DNA of 64,000 bases from assembly GCA_964384125.1 (NCBI GenBank), contig CAYLKA010000003.1, positions 548 to 64,547 on the forward strand, in the 5' to 3' direction. This DNA comes from an uncultured Gammaproteobacteria bacterium (GTDB lineage Bacteria > Pseudomonadota > Gammaproteobacteria > Steroidobacterales > Rariloculaceae). Below are positions 58,470 to 64,000 of the stretch, piece after piece. The notes below the pieces were generated by a model. It searched no databases. It saw only the letters and a program-made list of their open reading frames with translations, and was not told the origin of the DNA. Position 1 is the first letter of the stretch, and every line of letters starts with the position of its first letter. The translations under genes and the position numbers were made by a program.

Positions 58470-59531
58470 ATGCCAAATCGCAGAGACTTCCTTAGGGCCG
58501 TAGGACGCACAGCAACAGGTGCTTATCTCCTAGGTCATGGGCTCAGTGCCGCCGCGCAAGAGAACCGAAAGCGGATCATGGTGGGCGGCAACGAGATCAG
58601 AACGGTGGATATCCATGCGCACTGCGTGTTCGCAGAGGTGGCGCCTCTGATCACCGGCACCACTATGAACCGGAACTTCCCGGACTGGTATGTCCTTGGC
58701 GATTTCCGACTCGGGCCCATGGACGAACGGGGCATTGATGTCGCGGCGCTGACCGTCAATGCCTATTGGTGGTACGAGGCCGATCGGGATCTCGCGAGCC
58801 AGATCGTCCGGATTCATGACGAAGGCCTGGCAGAGTGGTGTCAGAGACATCCAGACCGGTTCGTCGCCATGACCTCACCCGCTTTGCAGTTCCCAGATTT
58901 GGCGGCGGAACAGGTGGAATACGCAGTCAACGACTTGGGCATGCGCGGGGTATCCGTGGGCGGCACGGTCCTCGGAGAACCGAACTCTTTATCCAAGTAC
59001 GACGTCTTCTGGTCCAAGGTCGAGGAACTGAACGTTCCAGTATTCATGCATCCCGACAATGCCACACAAATCTTAAGGCACGGCGGGCTACCCGCCCGCG
59101 GCAATCAAGGAAACATCATCGGTAACCCTCTGGAGACCACCTTTTTCCTCTCCAACCTGATATTCGACGGCGTCCTCGATCGATTCCCGGGTTTGACGGT
59201 GTGCGGAGCCCATGGTGGCGGTTATCTGCCATCTTACCTGGGGCGAACCGAAGTGGCGTGCGAGCGAGACAATGCCAACTGCATCAACACTAGGCAGCCT
59301 AGCGAGTACATGCGCGAGCAAATTATGGCCGATACCATGGTCTTCTCAGAGGAGGGGTTACGGCACCTCGTGGCCGAGATGGGGGCTAGTCAGATCGTCT
59401 ACGGCTCGGATCAACCGTTCCCCTGGCCCGACACGATGGACCTCGTGGTCAACGCAGACTTCTTGAGTGATGCCGAGAAGGTAGCGATCCTTGGCGGCAA
59501 CCTACACCGCCTTTTGGGAATCGAATCATAG
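58470..59531 (+). CDS. Tat-exported amidohydrolase-2 family enzyme
   Basis: Twin-arginine leader MPNRRDFLRAVG. VDIHAHC metal motif, GAHGGG and YGSDQPF. Confidence 0.75.
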   Translation: MPNRRDFLRAVGRTATGAYLLGHGLSAAAQENRKRIMVGGNEIRTVDIHAHCVFAEVAPLITGTTMNRNFPDWYVLGDFRLGPMDERGIDVAALTVNAYWWYEADRDLASQIVRIHDEGLAEWCQRHPDRFVAMTSPALQFPDLAAEQVEYAVNDLGMRGVSVGGTVLGEPNSLSKYDVFWSKVEELNVPVFMHPDNATQILRHGGLPARGNQGNIIGNPLETTFFLSNLIFDGVLDRFPGLTVCGAHGGGYLPSYLGRTEVACERDNANCINTRQPSEYMREQIMADTMVFSEEGLRHLVAEMGASQIVYGSDQPFPWPDTMDLVVNADFLSDAEKVAILGGNLHRLLGIES

Positions 59532-59561
59532 CCCCCTAGGCTATCGGCAGGCTGGGTGGAG

Positions 59562-60518
59562 CTATCGCTCCGCCCAGCCTGCATCGATCAAATACTCCTC
59601 GACTGTCATGAGCCACGGGAACTCCTCGTGTAACGCATCCATATCCACTGATACGGGATTCGCCAAGTACCACGCCTCTCGTGCTATGGCAGTAGACGTA
59701 GCAGTAGCCGTGTAATCCTCCCAGGGAATCTGCTCGTAGACGACCGGCCGCCCAATCTGGCGGCTCATAGCGGCGGCAATACCGGCATAGGAGGTGAAAT
59801 GCCCAGCGATGTCCAGCTCTCGCCCGATCCATCCGTCAGGATCATCGAAGGCTTCCGCAACAATTCGCCCTATATCCCTTGGAGCGATATGGTGTCGGAA
59901 GAGAGCGCCTGGAAAGGCTGTGCGATAGACACCTCTAGTCGCGGACTCCCAGTTGGCCTCCAGGTTGGCCATAAAGCTCGGCGGCCGCACGATCGAGTAG
60001 GGTATACCCAAGGCCCGAACGTAGTCTTCAATCTCCCGCTTACTCTCGAATTGAGGCACGCCGGTACCAAGCCGAGCGTAGAGGACCGAGGTATATACGA
60101 AGTGCTCGACGCCAGCGCGTTTCGCCGCATCGACAAATGCTTGGCTCTGTCGTATCTCCCCGTCAACACCAACCCCGCGGTACTGCTGGACGGAAAAGGC
60201 ACCGTACGCGCCCTCCAGTGCGGCATCCAACGAGCCGGCGTCGTCGAAGTTCCCTCGCACCATGTGCACGCCTAGCACGCTCAACGCCTTTGATGCGTCA
60301 CTATCCAGGTTTCTTGTGAGCCCACGTACTGTATAACCACGACTCACCAGCTCTCGAGCAACAGCACCGCCCTGTGTGCCCGTCGCACCGGCTACTAGAA
60401 TCACCCGAGCGCTCCGATCAACCTCCTGGCCAAAACCGAAAAACGGCGTACTAACCAGGACGATTGTGCAAGCTACCAGCGCTCCTATTCTTCTTCTATC
60501 CATTGCAATCCTTCCCAA
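59562..60518 (-). CDS. NmrA-family NAD(P)-binding protein with hydrophobic N-terminal leader
   Basis: Leader RRRIGALVACTIVLVSTPFFGFG, then the Rossmann motif ILVAGATGTQGGAVAREL. Confidence 0.7.
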   Translation of the reverse strand: MGRIAMDRRRIGALVACTIVLVSTPFFGFGQEVDRSARVILVAGATGTQGGAVARELVSRGYTVRGLTRNLDSDASKALSVLGVHMVRGNFDDAGSLDAALEGAYGAFSVQQYRGVGVDGEIRQSQAFVDAAKRAGVEHFVYTSVLYARLGTGVPQFESKREIEDYVRALGIPYSIVRPPSFMANLEANWESATRGVYRTAFPGALFRHHIAPRDIGRIVAEAFDDPDGWIGRELDIAGHFTSYAGIAAAMSRQIGRPVVYEQIPWEDYTATATSTAIAREAWYLANPVSVDMDALHEEFPWLMTVEEYLIDAGWAER

Positions 60519-60526
60519 AACAGTAT

Positions 60527-61126
60527 TTAGGGCAACACGTATCCCATCTCCCCTGGGAACTCATCGTTAAGAGCAGTCATCGCCTGATCATCTATCAGAA
60601 AGCATTCGGTTCTGTTGTAGCTCTGGTCGATAGTTCCACAAATCGGGAGTCGCTCCCGTAGCCGGATCATCGTCGGTGTGTCGCCGCGGATGCCATAAGA
60701 GACCAACAAACGCGCTGCCTCATCCTCCGACTTTCCATGGATCAACAAAGCCCGCAGCCGAGCGCGATTCGGCGTCGTGGACAACTGCGCTGCGACACGC
60801 ACACTGTCGCCAGGCTGCAGGATATCCTCTGCCCAACCCTCGCGAGCAAGCTGGGCGGCTGGACTAAGCTCAAACAGCCAGCCTTCCTCTTCGCCATTTT
60901 CATTAGGGACGTTAACCACTAATGCGCCGTGGGGGTTCAGTATCCTAAAAACCCGGACTGTTCCATCCAGGACCTCGATAGCTTCCTCCCCTTCCGGGGT
61001 CAACTGGGAAGCGAAAGAATGGTGCGCTGGGGTCAGTCCAGGCCAGACCAAAAACACAACCATCAATACCGAAGCAATAAACCCGCCCGTGATTCGCAGA
61101 TTCGTAAAGCATTGTCGAACGCTCAT
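60527..61126 (-). CDS. exported DUF6152-like protein (paralog of 57262-58266)
   Basis: Start placed at MSVRQ (61126). Leader ...VWPGLTPA, then HHSFA...ILNPH...NGEEEGWLFEL. Its stop lies 8 nt before the NmrA-like start. Confidence 0.5.
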   Translation of the reverse strand: MSVRQCFTNLRITGGFIASVLMVVFLVWPGLTPAHHSFASQLTPEGEEAIEVLDGTVRVFRILNPHGALVVNVPNENGEEEGWLFELSPAAQLAREGWAEDILQPGDSVRVAAQLSTTPNRARLRALLIHGKSEDEAARLLVSYGIRGDTPTMIRLRERLPICGTIDQSYNRTECFLIDDQAMTALNDEFPGEMGYVLP

Positions 61127-61517
61127 CCTATCCCTCCTTTCGGTGCACCCGAACGGCCTTCTACGGTAATCAGCCAGAAGATCATCACGAGCACCACAGC
61201 GATCCGAAAGATGTTTCAGCATTACTTCTCCCCAAGGAAGAACGGCATCTAGGACTCTCCAGTCCTTCGTGGTCCAAATTTAACCGATTTCTAGCGCAGG
61301 CATGTCAATTATCGTCGGCCAGATCGAGCCCAAGAACCGGCAGGGCACACTACTACGGAAATGCGCCGCATAAAGACAAGGAGATACGACTGGAAATTAA
61401 AGTTTAATCTAATCGTTGGGCATTTCGGACTATGCTCTTCAAGAAGAAGCGGACGCCTGACCGCTGCGGCGCTAAGATAAGAACCGACAAGGCAAAGTCT
61501 GGTCGGGGAAATACCAC

Positions 61518-62696
61518 ATGAGCATTACTAACATTCCGAAAAACACACGCATCCTGGTCATCGGATCCGCTCTCGCTGCGGTATCGTTAATCGCATTCGG
61601 ACAACAACGGACCGAAGCCCAAATACCAGCGGCATCCACAAGCGCTCGACAGATGACTCAAGCGGCAATCGCATTCCTCGCGTCACTGGACGAGACGCAG
61701 CGCGACGGGATCATGTATGAGTTCACTCCGGAGAATCGTACGAACTGGTCCAACACGCCACCATACGTTCACCGTCGACCCGGGCTCCGCATAGCCGAGC
61801 TCACCAACACTCAACGCCAGGCGGCGCACGGACTACTACGAGCATCAATGTCGAGTCAGGGTTATCAGAAGATCACCGGCATCATGCGGCTGGACAGCGT
61901 GCACGGTGCCCGCTCCCTCGCGGAACTCGATCGGGTGGGGCCTGCGGAGGACGATCGACCCTATGTTCGCGAAGAGGCCGAAAGCTTTGGTGCGGGCAAC
62001 TATGTGATGGCGATCTTCGGAGACCCGAATGGAGACACAGATTGGAGTTGGCTCATCCAAGGTCACCACATGGGCGCAAACTTCACAGTTTCAGACGGAC
62101 GCACCGGTTTCACTCCGTTGTTCCTCGGGGCGACCCCTCTCGTTCTAGAGCAGGGTATCTATGCGGGCTGGTCCGCAATGTCCCATGAAGTCACGCGGGG
62201 TTTCGAACTGATGCAAGCACTCGACCCCAGTCAGCACGCCGCCGCGATTCAGGAGGGTACACCACCGAATGACGTACTTGCCGGCGTCGGTTACAAAGAC
62301 AACATTGCACGTAACCAGGGTTTGCAAGCGTCAGAGATGTCAGCAGAGCAACAACGCCTACTGCGCGTCCTAGTAGAAGAGTACGTCCGTAACTCAGATT
62401 TCGACGCCGCAGAGGCCCAGCTGACTGCGATTACGGAAGCGGGGTGGGATAACCTGTGGTTTGCTTGGCGCGGGCAATCTGAGGACCCTGCCGGTCCGCT
62501 GTTCTACCGTGTTCAAGGAGACCGGATTCTGATTGAGCTGACACAACGCCCGAACCACATCCACACCATCGTGCGTGATCCGGCAAACGACTACGGCGAG
62601 CGCTGGCTTGACCAAATACTTACCGAGGAATACAGCTCCGGTGACCGGTTCGAAGCTGCCGTGCGCGTCTACGAAGCCGCTGACGAGGAACGCTAA
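61518..62696 (+). CDS. exported DUF3500-like protein
   Basis: Signal peptide. The central LIQGHHMGANF and overall length match DUF3500 from recall. Confidence 0.5.
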   Translation: MSITNIPKNTRILVIGSALAAVSLIAFGQQRTEAQIPAASTSARQMTQAAIAFLASLDETQRDGIMYEFTPENRTNWSNTPPYVHRRPGLRIAELTNTQRQAAHGLLRASMSSQGYQKITGIMRLDSVHGARSLAELDRVGPAEDDRPYVREEAESFGAGNYVMAIFGDPNGDTDWSWLIQGHHMGANFTVSDGRTGFTPLFLGATPLVLEQGIYAGWSAMSHEVTRGFELMQALDPSQHAAAIQEGTPPNDVLAGVGYKDNIARNQGLQASEMSAEQQRLLRVLVEEYVRNSDFDAAEAQLTAITEAGWDNLWFAWRGQSEDPAGPLFYRVQGDRILIELTQRPNHIHTIVRDPANDYGERWLDQILTEEYSSGDRFEAAVRVYEAADEER

Positions 62697-62846
62697 AGTA
62701 AGCTCGGGTGGCGCACGCTCTAGCTTTTGCCGGTCTCACCGCCTGGGCCGTTCCCTTTCGTCCTGGGCTATGACGCGGATGGATCGATAGTTTTCTTCGA
62801 CAGCACGAGGGGACGGTTTATCAGGCCCATAGACGCTACCGCCAAA

Positions 62847-64000
62847 TCAATCGCTTCCCGGGAAAGAAAACTTAGCTGTCTCTCGGACCCCGCCCGAGGG
62901 CCAACGTTGCGTGATCACCTTTGAACGGGTGTAAAAGCGAACAGCCTCGGGACCGTAGATATGCATGTCACCGAACAAGGATCGCTTCCAGCCACCGAAA
63001 CTAAAATACGCCACCGGCACAGGCAGCGGCACATTGATACCAACCATGCCAACTTGAACGCGATCGCTAAAATAGCGTGCCGCCTCACCATCCCTGGTGA
63101 AAATACAGGTACCGTTACCGTAATCGTGAGTGTCAATGAGTTCCATCGCGTCTTCCAGAGAATCAACCCGCACGACACACAGAACTGGACCGAAGATTTC
63201 CTCCTTATAGACACGCATGTGACGCTTCACCTGATCGAATAGGCAGGGTCCGAGGAAGAAGCCTGCCTCACCCTGTAAGTGCATCCGACCGTCCACTGCC
63301 AGCTCTGCGCCTTCTTCAACGCCTAGGTCGATGTAACCCTTCACCCGATCGCGATGCTCGCCCGTGATGAGGGGCCCGAGGTCGCTCGTAGCGTCCCGCC
63401 CATCACCAACCGTCAACTCCGTCAAGCGCTCCGCCAGACCAGCAACCAACGCATCTCCGGTCTCTTGTCCGACAACCACGGCGACCGAGATGGCCATACA
63501 GCGTTCTCCGCATGACCCGTAGGCTGCCCCAAGCAAAGCGCTGATCGTGTTATCAAGATCCGCATCCGGCATCACAACAGCGTGATTCTTTGCGCTGCCT
63601 AGGGCCTGGACCCGTTTATCGTTTTCCGATCCAGCTCGATAAACTGCCTCCGCCACCGGAGTGGATCCGACAAAGCTAACCGCCTGAATACGGCGATCTC
63701 CGAGCAGAGCCTCTACTGCGTGCCTGTCACCGTTAACTAGATTAAATACACCGTCAGGAAGACCTGCCTCCTTCAGGAGTTCACCGATGAACAGCGCAGC
63801 GCTCGGGTCTCTTTCAGACGGCTTCAGGACAAAAGTATTGCCGCAGATGAGCGCGAGGGGATACATCCACAGCGGAACCATCGCGGGAAAGTTGGACGGC
63901 GTGATACCAGCAACTACGCCTAGTGGTTGGTGTTCGGACCAGCTGTCGACACCGCGACCCACGTTTCTACTGTGCTCACCCTTCAATAACTCAGGCGCAC
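62847..64000 (-). CDS. mmsA: CoA-acylating methylmalonate-semialdehyde dehydrogenase (5' end outside window)
   Basis: [31 protein letters not shown], catalytic Cys context GERCMA, and C-terminus [12 protein letters not shown]. The reading frame stays open to the window edge. Confidence 0.85.
   Translation of the reverse strand, partial: APELLKGEHSRNVGRGVDSWSEHQPLGVVAGITPSNFPAMVPLWMYPLALICGNTFVLKPSERDPSAALFIGELLKEAGLPDGVFNLVNGDRHAVEALLGDRRIQAVSFVGSTPVAEAVYRAGSENDKRVQALGSAKNHAVVMPDADLDNTISALLGAAYGSCGERCMAISVAVVVGQETGDALVAGLAERLTELTVGDGRDATSDLGPLITGEHRDRVKGYIDLGVEEGAELAVDGRMHLQGEAGFFLGPCLFDQVKRHMRVYKEEIFGPVLCVVRVDSLEDAMELIDTHDYGNGTCIFTRDGEAARYFSDRVQVGMVGINVPLPVPVAYFSFGGWKRSLFGDMHIYGPEAVRFYTRSKVITQRWPSGGVRETAKFSFPGSD

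Noticed and set aside
61432-61521. 29-codon upstream ORF ending in an ATGA overlap with the DUF3500-like start.
   Set aside because: No Shine-Dalgarno sequence upstream and a highly basic, low-complexity product. It is likely fortuitous.

Overview
This is a densely coding, moderately GC-rich bacterial chromosome segment with about 58 CDS, one tRNA and short intergenic gaps. The housekeeping synteny (rnt; rpsT next to murJ-ribF-ileS-lspA; ispB next to rplU-rpmA-obg; grxD, nadC, proC) points to a gammaproteobacterium. The many Tat/Sec-exported enzymes, a TTT transporter, PhoX and a sulfatase suggest an environmental, possibly marine, heterotroph; that is inference. Several catabolic or accessory modules sit among the core genes. 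(1) An aerobic benzoyl-CoA cluster, boxC-boxB-DUF4863-like, with a divergent boxR-like regulator and a 7Fe ferredoxin, but no boxA in the window. (2) A SorA/SoxC-type sulfite dehydrogenase pair. (3) A sulfatase and SULT-like sulfotransferase neighbourhood. (4) A translationally coupled operon of a tcuA-like flavoprotein, tctC, tctA with a TctB-like tail, and prpF. (5) A block of exported proteins of unknown role: two DUF6152-like paralogs, a Tat-amidohydrolase, a leader-bearing NmrA-like protein and a DUF3500-like protein. I found no transposase, integrase, CRISPR array, rRNA or recognisable defence system. The best candidates for something undescribed are module 5, the TTT/flavoprotein/PrpF operon and the boxA-less box cluster. 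All functional calls come from motif recognition by eye on the supplied translations. No database search, HMM or full composition statistic was run, and start codons are provisional.
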